Assembly: GCF_006345805.1 (NCBI RefSeq)
Contig: NW_021827038.1
Coordinates: 1-11,143 of the forward strand
Origin: Octopus sinensis
Taxonomy: Eukaryota
Direction of reading: 5' to 3'
Length of the DNA stretch: 11,143 bases
Shown here: piece by piece, positions 1 to 9,103 of the stretch
Layout: each line of letters begins with the position of its first letter
Numbering within the stretch: the first letter of the stretch is position 1
Program-made: the position numbers and the translations under genes
Notes under the pieces: generated by a model
Database searches by the model: none
What the model was told of the DNA's origin: nothing
Seen by the model: the letters and a program-made list of their open reading frames with translations, nothing else

Positions 1-634
1 TATCCTCTTCCTGCATTAAATTTCTATCTAGATAAGATCTCGACGATCCGACGCGGGTTGTCCAAGTCCACGTTGGCACGTTCGGATGCTCGAGTCGGAA
101 CCTGTCAGACAAATGGAAACGTCTCAGTAGGTCTTTGAGGCCTCACTTACACCCCCTTCTATTCCTATCCATTCCCACATAATCTAGATGCGTGTCCAAG
201 GGTAGCGTTCCAATCCCCTACTAACAGTAAAGGTCTAGACGTACCCAGGAAAACCTCTAGACGTCTGAAGAAATCCGCCCGACCCGTTAAGGACGGTGCA
301 TAAATGCCATCAGACGGAATGCACACCCATTTCTGCCATCCACGTCCAAGACAACCAGCCTACCCTCCGCAGGGTCTAGGAATATTGTTCTTACTTTTAC
401 ATTTAGACTCTTTCGAAAAAGCACCGCGGTAACTCCACACCCATGTTCGGCAGACAGGGAGAAAAATAAATGTCAAATTGATCGCCAAACATGGACTCGA
501 GAGCCCGCGGCTGCTGAGTCTGTTTCACTGATAGCTACTATATCCACGTTCAGTGACTTGATGTCGTTTAGAAGGTAACCTTGCTTCCAAGCCGACGCCA
601 AGCCACGCTCATTCACACAACCTAATTTAAGCAT
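1..634 (-). pseudogene. E1 ORF2 N-terminus: apurinic-like (APE) endonuclease domain, frameshifted, truncated by the window edge
   Basis: ATG at 634-632 reads MLKLGCVNERGLASAWKQGYLLNDIKSLNVDIVAISET. Across frameshifts it continues to LLLVGDWNA and TWTWTTRVGSSRSYLDR, which carry the catalytic N, E, D/N and D motifs of L1-type EN. It is collinear with 5203-5830. Confidence 0.9.
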
Positions 635-700
635 AATTGACGTTTACGAAAATTGTGTTTCACACACTACATTGGAAGAGACAAGAGGCAAGAGGGAAGG

Positions 701-2562
701 TCACTTACTCATTTCGAAAGTTTCATTTTTTTCTTCTTCTTTTGTAGTGTCTTTGATGAGGTGTTTGTATAGTTTTTTGGAGAGGTAACGTTGAAACCTG
801 CCTACCGCATTTGGAAATATTGTTTTCAGTGTATAGTTTTGTGTTTGTGTTATGGTACAATTTTATGTGCTTCGGTGGTGTGTGGTGGCGGATGATTGTT
901 TGTCATAAAGTCATCTTCACAGATGTCCGTGTTGGATGCAATGTAATCCATTAATTTTTTATTGCCTGTGTCTATTGCAGTTAGTGTGTGTGTTTTGGTT
1001 TTGCGGGGTCATGATTTGTTGATTGTCTAGGGGGATGCTGTCCGGAGTTAAATATCTCCCTGCTTTACTCCTTGTTTGGTGGGTTTTTGATCTTTTCCTT
1101 TTACCCCTGTGGCTATTTGCCGTTCCGTCGAACTTTCGTCGTCCGACGTATCAGAAGGGGGTAAAGGCAAAGCATTTGCGTTACTATGTATGCTTGCAGA
1201 AATTGTTGATGTTTGTGCGGTTGTTTGTGTTGTTGTGGTGTTAGGGGTAGAATTTGTCTTCTCGTCACTGTTTCTGTCTTTTTAATTGTCGTCCTCGGTG
1301 TTGGGTTGGTCTATCTTTTGGTTCAGTATGTTGAATTGGTTGCGACGTCAACGGTGATGTGTTGGTACTGCTTCTTTTCTTGGTGATGTTGTTGGGGTTT
1401 GTTTGTTGTTTTTCTTGGCATTGAGTGTGTTGGTGTTGGTGTTGGCAACAAGGGTTTTTTATTTGTTTTCTGATTTGTTCTTTCTTGTTTTTCTGTGCCA
1501 GAGTGCACTTGGCAATTAAATGTTCTGGGCTGCCACATTTGTAGCATCTAGGCTTTTTGCCTTCTGCTACAACATATAGGCTTTGCCCATTTTCTAAGTG
1601 GATCCTATCAGGTAAGTTCTCGATAGAGGACCCCTCAATCTGGATGGTCACTACTATTGTTTTACCACCCCAACTGTCGTTTTTGTACGCGGCGGTTTCT
1701 AATATATTTATCTTTTTCAAATGGTAATAGATTGCCCCTGTTATCCATTTGTTAGGTATCTCGGGGGGTACATTTTTAATGCTAATTCTGCTCACTCTCT
1801 GGCCTTTGTAATATGGTACCATGATGATATCATCATTTTCCAAAGACTCTGTAGAGTGAACTTTTGCCACTTCCTGGTTAGAGAAGCGGACCACCACTGT
1901 ATTAAACTGGGAACCCCAGTTTATATATTCTTTTTTTTTAATTATGCTTTTTAAACACTTTTCTATGTCCGTCTTTGTATCTGTTCATTTTGCTTTTGTT
2001 TTTTCTTATAATTTATATATAATTGTCTTATTTTTTATTTGTTCCTTTATGGTTGAGGTGTATGCAGCACTAAATCCTGCCCTTGTGTTGTAAAGAGTGC
2101 TCTCGTTTCTATTAACTCTTCATTCAAATTTACTATTTCTTTTTTCTGACGCAGAGTGTCAGCGAAATTTACTGGTGTTGTTGATTCTTTTATATTAACA
2201 TCTTCACTATTAGATAGTAAGATATTTATTTCATATCTATTATTGTTCTTGTTGTTGTTTTTGTTAATAGTATTCGCGTGAGTTTCATTTTTATCATTTA
2301 TGTTGGTCGTGGTGATGGTGGTGGTGGTGGAGGTGGTGCTGGTAGCAGTAGTAGTCTCGTTGTTGTTGTTGTTGTTGTTAGTGGTGGTGGTGGTGGTGGT
2401 GACAGGGCTGTTACCGCAAGTGGTTGCAGCGTTCACTACCACGTCATTCAGGTTTGCACTTTGCGTGCATAAGATCTTTTTTTCTCCTAGCGTTTCCAGA
2501 CTAGGAAAATGCTGATCCATAAAGGAACACGACCAGCGTTCTACAATAACATTTCTCGACAT
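701..2562 (-). pseudogene. E1 ORF1 (gag-like RNA-binding protein: RRM-like region, CCHC zinc knuckle, low-complexity linker, conserved C-terminal domain), disrupted
   Basis: Pieces are ORF 2047-2562 (poly-Thr/Asn N-terminus), ORF 1265-1897 (RVSRISIKNVPPEI...W; knuckle CYKCGSPEHLIAKC = CX2CX4HX4C at 1546-1505), and downstream frames (LPLPPSD, LTAIDTGNKKLMDYI, YTLKTIFPNAVGRFQRYLSKKLY, TFEMSK*) ending at TGA 703-701. It has several in-frame stops and frameshifts. The true start could be the second ATG at 2520. Confidence 0.85.
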
Positions 2563-2765
2563 TTTTTAATGTCGAGAAGAAATATACACAAATTAAATAG
2601 AGTTGAAACTGCCACTAGGGGCGAATTCCTCCCTTGGAAAAGCACTCAAGCGAAAGTTGGGTGCCTTACACACCTTATTTACAAAAATGTACACAAAATA
2701 TGGGCTATAAATAGACAAAATAAACGATTACCTTCGGAGCCGAGGTGATAGCACGTCCGTAGATG

Positions 2766-2851
2766 GATAGATAGATAGATAGATAGATAGATAGGTAGAT
2801 AGATAGATAGATAGATAGGTAGGTAGGTAGGTAGGTAGGTACGTAGGTAGG

Positions 2852-2914
<63 letters not shown>

Positions 2915-2935
2915 GTAGGTAGGTAGGTATGTAGG

Positions 2936-2974
<39 letters not shown>

Positions 2975-3002
2975 GTAGGTAGGTAGGTAGGTAGGTAGGT
3001 AG

Positions 3003-3057
<55 letters not shown>

Positions 3058-3090
3058 GTAGGTAGGTAGGTAGGTAGGTAGGTAGGTAGG

Positions 3091-3125
<35 letters not shown>

Positions 3126-3138
3126 GTAGGTAGGTAGG

Positions 3139-3185
<47 letters not shown>

Positions 3186-3198
3186 GTAGGTAGGTAGG

Positions 3199-3229
<31 letters not shown>

Positions 3230-3258
3230 GTAGGTAGGTAGGTAGGTAGATAGATAGG

Positions 3259-3312
<54 letters not shown>
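2766..3312 (+). repeat. (GATA)n/(GGTA)n compound tetranucleotide microsatellite; reads (TATC)n on the E1 sense strand and forms the E1 5' flank
   Basis: Alternating blocks of GATA and GGTA units read directly, with rare CGTA/TGTA variants. Confidence 0.99.
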
Positions 3313-3316
3313 TATT

Positions 3317-3635
3317 GGCGCAAGAGTTCTAGTTTGCTTCCCAACCACATGGTTCTGGATTTAGTCCCACACCATGGCTCCTTGGCTAAGTGTCTTCGAC
3401 CAAAGCCTTGTGAGTGGATTTGGTAAAAAGAAATTGAAAAAAAGCACGTTTGCGTTTATGTTTGTCTCCCCTTACCCTTTCACAACTGGTATTAGTGTGT
3501 TTAAGTCTTCGTAACTTGGCGGTTCAGCAAAAAGAACCAACAGAATAAATACGAGGCTTTTAGGGGGGGGGGGAGCACTGGGTTTGATTCGTCCGACTGA
3601 AATTCAAGGCAGTGTCCGAGCATGGCCGCAGTTTG
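3317..3635 (+). mobile_element. Degenerate tRNA-derived SINE, same family as 9503-9947 and 10427-10693
   Basis: Shares GGCGCA.GAGT, CCAACCACATGGTTC, CTTGG..AAGTGTCTTC, GACCAAAGCCTTGTGAGTGGATTTGGTA and GCATGGCCGCAGT with the other copies. The A box is deleted, the B box is decayed and there are internal deletions. Confidence 0.85.
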
Positions 3636-3637
3636 AT

Positions 3638-3698
3638 GGAGGGGAGGGGAGAGAGAGAGGGAGAAAGAGAGAGAGAGGGAGAGAGAGAGAGAGAGAGA
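3638..3698 (+). repeat. (GA)n-rich microsatellite
   Basis: Direct reading. Confidence 0.95.
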
Positions 3699-3772
3699 CT
3701 GACAGACAAAGCGACAGATATCTTCGTAAGTATCCTTTCCCGTATAAGCATCAGGGGCTGAAATACTGGAAG

Positions 3773-3843
3773 ATCTATCTATCTATTTATCTACCTACCT
3801 ACCTACCTACCTACATACCTACCTACCTACCTATCCCTCTATA

Positions 3844-3879
<36 letters not shown>

Positions 3880-3952
3880 AATCTATCTACCTACCTACCT
3901 ACCTACCTATCCCTCTATCTATCTACCTACCTACCTATCTATCTATCTATCT
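3773..3952 (+). repeat. (TATC)n/(TACC)n compound microsatellite; 5' flank of E2
   Basis: TATC and TACC blocks read directly. The variant CTATCCCTCT recurs at 3831 and 3907. Confidence 0.98.
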
Positions 3953-5175
3953 TTCCTCAACGAAAGTTTAGCAAAACGTTTTTCCACATTGGAGCTGCAT
4001 TCGGACGACTTGGTAATGATACCAGTCTATTTAAACAAAAGGGTCACGAAAGTCCAAATAAAAAACATACCATTTGATGTCGAAACACAATGGTTGGTCT
4101 CTGCCATCTGCTTTGAAATGTCAGAGACAATGTCAGAGACAAACATCCTGGAAATCGCGGTTCTAGGAGAGAAAGACTATGTGGGCAAATCATCGAATTC
4201 CTGCTTCAATGGATGAAGCAGCAAGAGAGAAGATACCCACCGCTATAGACTGCCAGGAGGCTACAAATCTATATAGTGGTAGAGGGCAGGCGACCACGCT
4301 GCTATTTGTGTGGAAGCGAAACACACTTGAAAAAGACGTGCCCAACCATGCACACAACAGAGCAACAACAACAACCACTACCACAACCAAAGCACTCCGG
4401 AAAAAAAGCTCTACTACCCACACCACCATCAACACAGAAGACGACAAGAGAAGCACACCAAGCTAATCCGTCATCAACCAAAAACCACTCAACACCTGGA
4501 AAAATACCAACACCACCATCAACAGCAAAACCCAAAGGAACAGAAAAACAAAGAAAACACACACAAACTGATCCCCCATCCCTTATACCGCACTCAACAC
4601 ACACAAACACTCAACAACCAACAACAACGAAAACAACAACACAACCACTTACACAGACATACATAGAAGCCCACAACATACCCCTACCCCCTTCTGATTC
4701 CTCAGAAATTTCGTCGGAAGACGAAACCAGTGAGGAATGGCAAATAGCTACAAAAAGAAGGAAAATAAAGAGCAGAAACACAACCAAACCAAATGCAAAC
4801 ACGAACAAAGCAGGGGGAAATACATCTCCCGAAGACATTTCAAAACCCAACGCAAACAACAGCCACACCAACACCACAAAAACATATACAGCAAACATGC
4901 TCACAGCCATAGACACCAAAAACACAAATTTGATGGAATACATCCAATCAAAAACAAACATAACAGAAGATGACATAAAAACAATCACCCATACACAACA
5001 CCACCAGACCACATCAAAATATTACACATCTCCAAAAGTCTGCACCACACACTCAAAGGCATTTTCCCCAGTGCGGTTGGTAAATGCCAAAAATATCTCA
5101 CAAAGAAACTGTACTGGGATCTTCTCGAGGACAAACCAACGGAGGAGAAAGCAAAAACTTTCGAGCAGTAAGTAA
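3953..5175 (+). pseudogene. E2 ORF1 remnant (N-terminus missing; second RRM-like region, CCHC knuckle, T/Q/P/N-rich linker, conserved C-terminal domain)
   Basis: FLNESLAKRFSTLELHSDDLVMIPVYLNKRVTKVQIKNIP aligns with E1 FSNQEVAKVHSTESLENDDIIMVPYYKGQRVSRISIKNVP. The knuckle CYLCGSETHLKKTC is at 4300-4341. There are frameshifts near 4190-4270 and 5044. It ends SK* like E1. Confidence 0.87.
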
Positions 5176-5202
5176 CCCTCTGTATTCTAATTCATTAGAA
5201 CT

Positions 5203-8200
5203 ATGATCAAGATTGGTTGTGTAAATGCGCGTGGCTTGGGTCCCCTTGGAAACAAGGGTACCTCTTAAATGACATAAAGTCACATAAGTTAGAAATCATA
5301 GCCATAAGCGAGACCAGACTCCACAATCCGCGGGCCCTAAAGACCATGTTTGGCGGACAGTTCAACATTTATTTTTCCCCCTGTCTGCCGAGAATGGGCG
5401 GTAGTGGCACCGCGGTACTTTTACACAAGTGTCTGGATCTCAATGTAAGGACAATATTCATAGACCCGGAGGGTAGACTGGTCGTCCTGGATGTCGACGG
5501 CAGCAATGGGTGCGCTTTTCGACTCGTATCAGTTTACGCACCGCCCTTAACAGGTCGGGCGGATTTCTTTCAACGTCTAGAAGTTTTCTTGGGAACGTCT
5601 CGTCCTTTACTCTTAGTGGGGGATTGGAATGCTACCTTGGACACGCATGTAGACTACGTGGGTAGAGATAGGAATAGACGGGGATGCAAATGCCTCAGAG
5701 ACCTGCTCAGACGCTTTCAACTGTCTGACAGGTTCCGACTAGACCACCCGAATGCGCCAACGTGGACATGGAGCAACCGCATCGGGTCGTCGAGATCGTA
5801 TCTAGATAGGATCCTGTGTAGGACAGTAGTAGATAGAGATAGCATAGGATGTCCACAATTCACATAGTCAGCTACACGGATCACAAACTTGTGACATGTA
5901 CGCTAGACTTAGGTAAGACACTTAGGCAGGGTCCCGGATACTGGAAACAACGCGTCTTTCCCATCGAGACAAGTTTTCAGAGACCGGATTAGCACACTAG
6001 TAAAGAGGGCTTTGACGGGAGCCATCATCAACAACAAATGGTGGTTGCCCTCAAGAGAGCAGTAAAAGCAGAAGCGATTAGGTACAGCAAAGCACTAGCC
6101 ATACATAGAAATAGAGTAGAGGTGAGCTAGTAAGAAGCTAGAAGAGGCAATTAGAAGCGGCCATCGCATCCGACGTTTTGGCGGCGAGGTTGGCCCTCGA
6201 CCAACACTTCAACGCCAAACACGAAGGATGTGCTGTCAGAGTTAGGATGCGTGCTCTAAGGAACGAAGGTGTTGGAGCCGCGAGAGAGAGGGCCGGGTGG
6301 CAGAGGCGCAACAGGGCAACAAAGCCACCATTCGGTCACTGGTAGATGAACAGGGGCGCGAATTGCTCGAGCCAAGTAAAATGTGTGAGGCCTTTCAGCA
6401 GCATTTGCCCGGACTTTCGGAACGAGTGGAGGGCAAGAACGTAGGGTGGACTTCAGTGCCTACCTACATAGCCTACCACGACTCTCGACAAGAAAGGCAG
6501 GGTGCTGCGAAGGTGCCATCACGGGGGCGGAAGTGCGGGAAGCGATGGCAGAATGCTCGAGGGACAAATCACCGGGTTTGGATGGTCTACCCTACGAGCT
6601 TTACAATTGTATGCCAGACTTGTTTGGAGATCTTGGCGGCGGTGTACTGCAACTGGCAGCAAAACGGGAGCATTCCTGGTTTTGTGAGCCGAGGAGCCGT
6701 AACACGTCTGAAGAAGATCTAAACAAGGGAAATGTAATAGATAACTTAGGCCCATCACTCTGCTTAATGCAGACTTGAAAATTTTGGCCAAGGTGCTAGC
6801 CAAGAGGTTGGCGCTTGTCATCGAGAAAACTGGTCGACAAGGCGCAACATGCGCCGTGCCAGGCCGGACCATCCATGACAACCTCCATCTGATGCGCTAC
6901 ATCATAGACAGGGTAGTTAACGAACCTGGCATGGGTGGGGCCCTGATCAACTTGGATCAATCGAAAAGCCTTTGATAGGGTAGACCATCGATACTTGGAG
7001 GCAGTCCTGAGAGCGGCTGGTTTCGGTCCCGTCTTCCGCGGTGGATAGCTGCCTTGTACAGAGGCATCCGTTCGGTAATTCGCGTAAATGGACATCTATC
7101 GAGACCTTTCGACATTGCACGTTCGGTCCGTCAGGGATGCCCCTCTCGGCGCTTCTATACGTATGACTCTTGAGCCACTACTGCGGAAGCTGGCGACTCT
7201 AAGGGGCATCCGCGAGAGAATTGGGATGCGGGACGAGCGTGTCTGCATACGCGGACGACCGTCACCGTCATAGTGTCTAGCCACGAGCACATCGAGCTGG
7301 TCGGCGGAGACACTGAAAAACTACGAAGCGGTGACAGGAGCGAATCAAACCGGGAAAAGTCAGTGGGCTTGCGACTAGGCACTGGAGAAGCAAGCCCATG
7401 CCGTCCACCAGCGCCTCCGTCGTGGGACGCTGGACCGACGGCCCGGTTGAGTTGCTCGGGGTCTGGTTCGGTCCGGACCTCCAAGTGGAGAAAACTGGAA
7501 CGAGATAACGAGTAGGGTGGTCACTCTCGCCCGGCAATGGGCCGACCGAGAGAAACTGTCCCTAAAAGGTCGAGGGACGGTGGCGAACACGTACATCGCG
7601 TCCGTCATCTACTACCGCCTGACTGTCGTACCTTGTCCCGACCCTACCATCACCAAACTACAACGCATCCTCTTTCGCTTCTTGTGGAAAGGATGCGTCC
7701 CGATGGTCAGGCGATCCATTTGCTGTCAACACCGTTAAAAGGAGGGCTGGGCATGCCGTGGTTGATGATGCGCAGACACGCGCTGAGACTGCGACATCTC
7801 TGGCTCTATGTAGACGACGGTGAACAGGTGTGGTCGCCGTTTGTGAGGCACGCTTTCCCGCAGCTCGTCTCCATGACCGAACTGCAGTCGTGGATCAAAA
7901 AGAGGCCGAGGAAGGGCGAATGGCACCGCGAGTGTCGCGTGCTCTCAAGCAACTCTGCCGTCCTGGGTCGACCTTAGTGACTTCAACACAACCAAAGCAT
8001 TCTATAGGGGTTTAGTGGAGGGGAGGTACGACGACGAGCTCGGGGGCGAACCTGGACGTCGACGAGGAGTACCTGACCCGCCTGTTCGGGACGACTTTCG
8101 GGCCAGGGCCCATGGACAACTTCCAGAGATCCCTGGCCTGGCAGTGCTACCGAGAAGCGCTACCCGTTCGGGATAAGCTCTACAGACACGGCTCGAGAAA

Positions 8201-8630
8201 CACGGGGCCGACCTGCCCGAGATGCGGTCAGAGTGACGAAACCGTTCTGCACGCACTCGTTCAGTGTCCAACAATTTCCGACCTGTGGGCTTATGCGAAC
8301 AACTGCTGTCACGTGTGGGACGAGTCGGTTTATCAGCTGAGTCTATCGTCAATATTGTCACGCCTCCTTCCTTCAAACGGGAAGGAAGAGCTATTTTCAT
8401 CATCTTGTGGCTATGGCGGAAAGAATGTATCTGGTGGACGCGTCTGAAAGGATTGGAGACAAACACTTTCCTCTCTGGTCAATCTCTCATCAACTTCTTC
8501 AAGTACCACTTGAAAAGGAAAGTGAGAGTAGAGAGGCAAGTTTGTCTAGCGAATGTTTTAAAAAAGATGGGTGAATGTAGCAAGAATGGCACGTATGAAT
8601 GACGAAGCCACCTTGAGCATAGTCCTATGA
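5203..8630 (+). pseudogene. E2 ORF2: APE endonuclease, reverse transcriptase and C-terminal zinc finger; frameshifted as assembled, possibly intact in vivo
   Basis: Start MIKIGCVNARGL (ATG 5203). EN motifs: ISETR, VYAP, GDWN, SYLDRI, YTDH. RT motifs: KSPGLDGLPYELY, RPITLLNADLKILAKVLAKRL, LINLDQSKAFDRVDH, VRQGCPLS, YADD at 7248-7259, LLGVWFG. Also GGLGMP and the zinc finger CPRCGQSDETVLHALVQC. Reconstructed end is ...RWVNVARMARMNDEATLSIVL* (TGA 8628-8630). Confidence 0.93.
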
Positions 8631-9001
8631 AACCAGAATCGAAAACAGAGAGTTGCTATTTGCAAAAAAAAAAAAAAAAAAAGAAATATAAAATGTGACT
8701 TCATTGACCGAGGTCTTTTCCGTAGGCTTTTTTCACGGGTAAACCTCACCTGTCCTCCCCTTTACACTTCATATTGAATTTCTGTGATAACGATCCCTTG
8801 ATCAATTTTTTTTTCCCCTCTCCCCCTTTTTTTTTTTTTTTTTTAACCCCCCCTTTTTTGTCCTCTTTCTCTCTTTTACGATCCCTTTTGATTCGAAACT
8901 CCCTTCTTTTTTTTTTTTTTTTTTTTTAAACCTTCAAAAGAAAAGCTCTACCTTGTAATTTGTTCTATCTGTGTGCAGCCCTGTTGGCTAATAAAGAAAC
9001 A
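8631..9001 (+). other. E2 3' UTR with an internal A19 run, poly(T)/poly(C) tracts and a terminal AATAAA
   Basis: Lies between the ORF2 stop and the TATC tract. A run at 8664-8682, long T runs at about 8805-8930, AATAAA at 8990-8995. Confidence 0.75.
8990..8995 (+). terminator. Polyadenylation-signal hexamer at the element's 3' end
   Basis: AATAAA sits 6 nt before the junction with (TATC)n, the usual position in L1/Tx1 3' ends. Confidence 0.6.
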
Positions 9002-9044
9002 TATCTATCTATCTATATCTATCTATCTATCTACCTACCTACCG

Positions 9045-9086
<42 letters not shown>

Positions 9087-9103
9087 ATATCTATCTATCT
9101 ATC
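9002..9103 (+). repeat. (TATC)n microsatellite with a short TACC block; E2 3' flank and E3 5' flank
   Basis: Direct reading. Confidence 0.98.

Larger units (their letters stand above)
1..2765 (-). mobile_element. E1: L1/Tx1-clade non-LTR retrotransposon with intact 5' end; runs off the left edge of the window within ORF2
   Basis: On the minus strand: 5' UTR (about 90% identical by eye to 9104-9335), gag-like ORF1 with a CCHC knuckle, a short spacer, then an APE endonuclease clearly homologous to E2 ORF2 (5203 onward). The 5' end abuts the (TATC)n tract. Confidence 0.92.
3953..9001 (+). mobile_element. E2: L1/Tx1-clade non-LTR retrotransposon, 5'-truncated within ORF1, 3' end intact, flanked on both sides by (TATC)n
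   Basis: ORF1 remnant with CCHC, then ORF2 with EN, RT and a C-terminal CX2C...H...C zinc finger and no RNase H or integrase, then a T-rich 3' UTR ending AATAAAGAAACA directly followed by TATCTATC. Confidence 0.93.

Noticed and set aside
2679-3350. Long ORFs of IYLS/TYLP repeats (2679-3350, 2728-3348)
   Set aside because: (TATC)n and (TACC)n have no stop codon in any frame, so these are translation artefacts.
2766-3952. CRISPR-like or telomeric array
   Set aside because: There is no repeat-spacer structure and no cas genes, the context is eukaryotic, the units are not TTAGGG-type, and the tracts are interstitial.
4118-4141. 12-nt tandem duplication ATGTCAGAGACA (MSET-MSET) in E2 ORF1
   Set aside because: A real but small in-frame slippage or assembly duplication with no evident significance.
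3584-4216. Apparent fusion protein: SINE tail, GA repeat and IYLS repeat in frame with E2 ORF1
   Set aside because: It starts at a non-ATG codon, has no Met before the ORF1 part, is open only because the repeats lack stops, and a 1-in-3 frame match is expected by chance.
4190-5012. Antisense Val/Phe/Cys-rich ORFs (also 1023-1244, 2278-2515 and those at 6519-8466)
   Set aside because: They are shadows of A/C-rich low-complexity ORF1 or of GC-rich ORF2 codons and have no independent motifs.
5168-5177. Splice-donor-like GTAAGT at the ORF1 end in both E1 and E2
   Set aside because: Explained by conserved Ser-Lys-stop codons (AGT AAG TAA/TGA); I identified no matching acceptor.
8664-8682. A19 run as the element's poly(A) tail and true 3' end
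   Set aside because: No AATAAA precedes it and no target duplication follows. A T-rich UTR continues to AATAAA at 8990 and the TATC junction, which mirrors the 5' flank. Not fully excluded without other copies.
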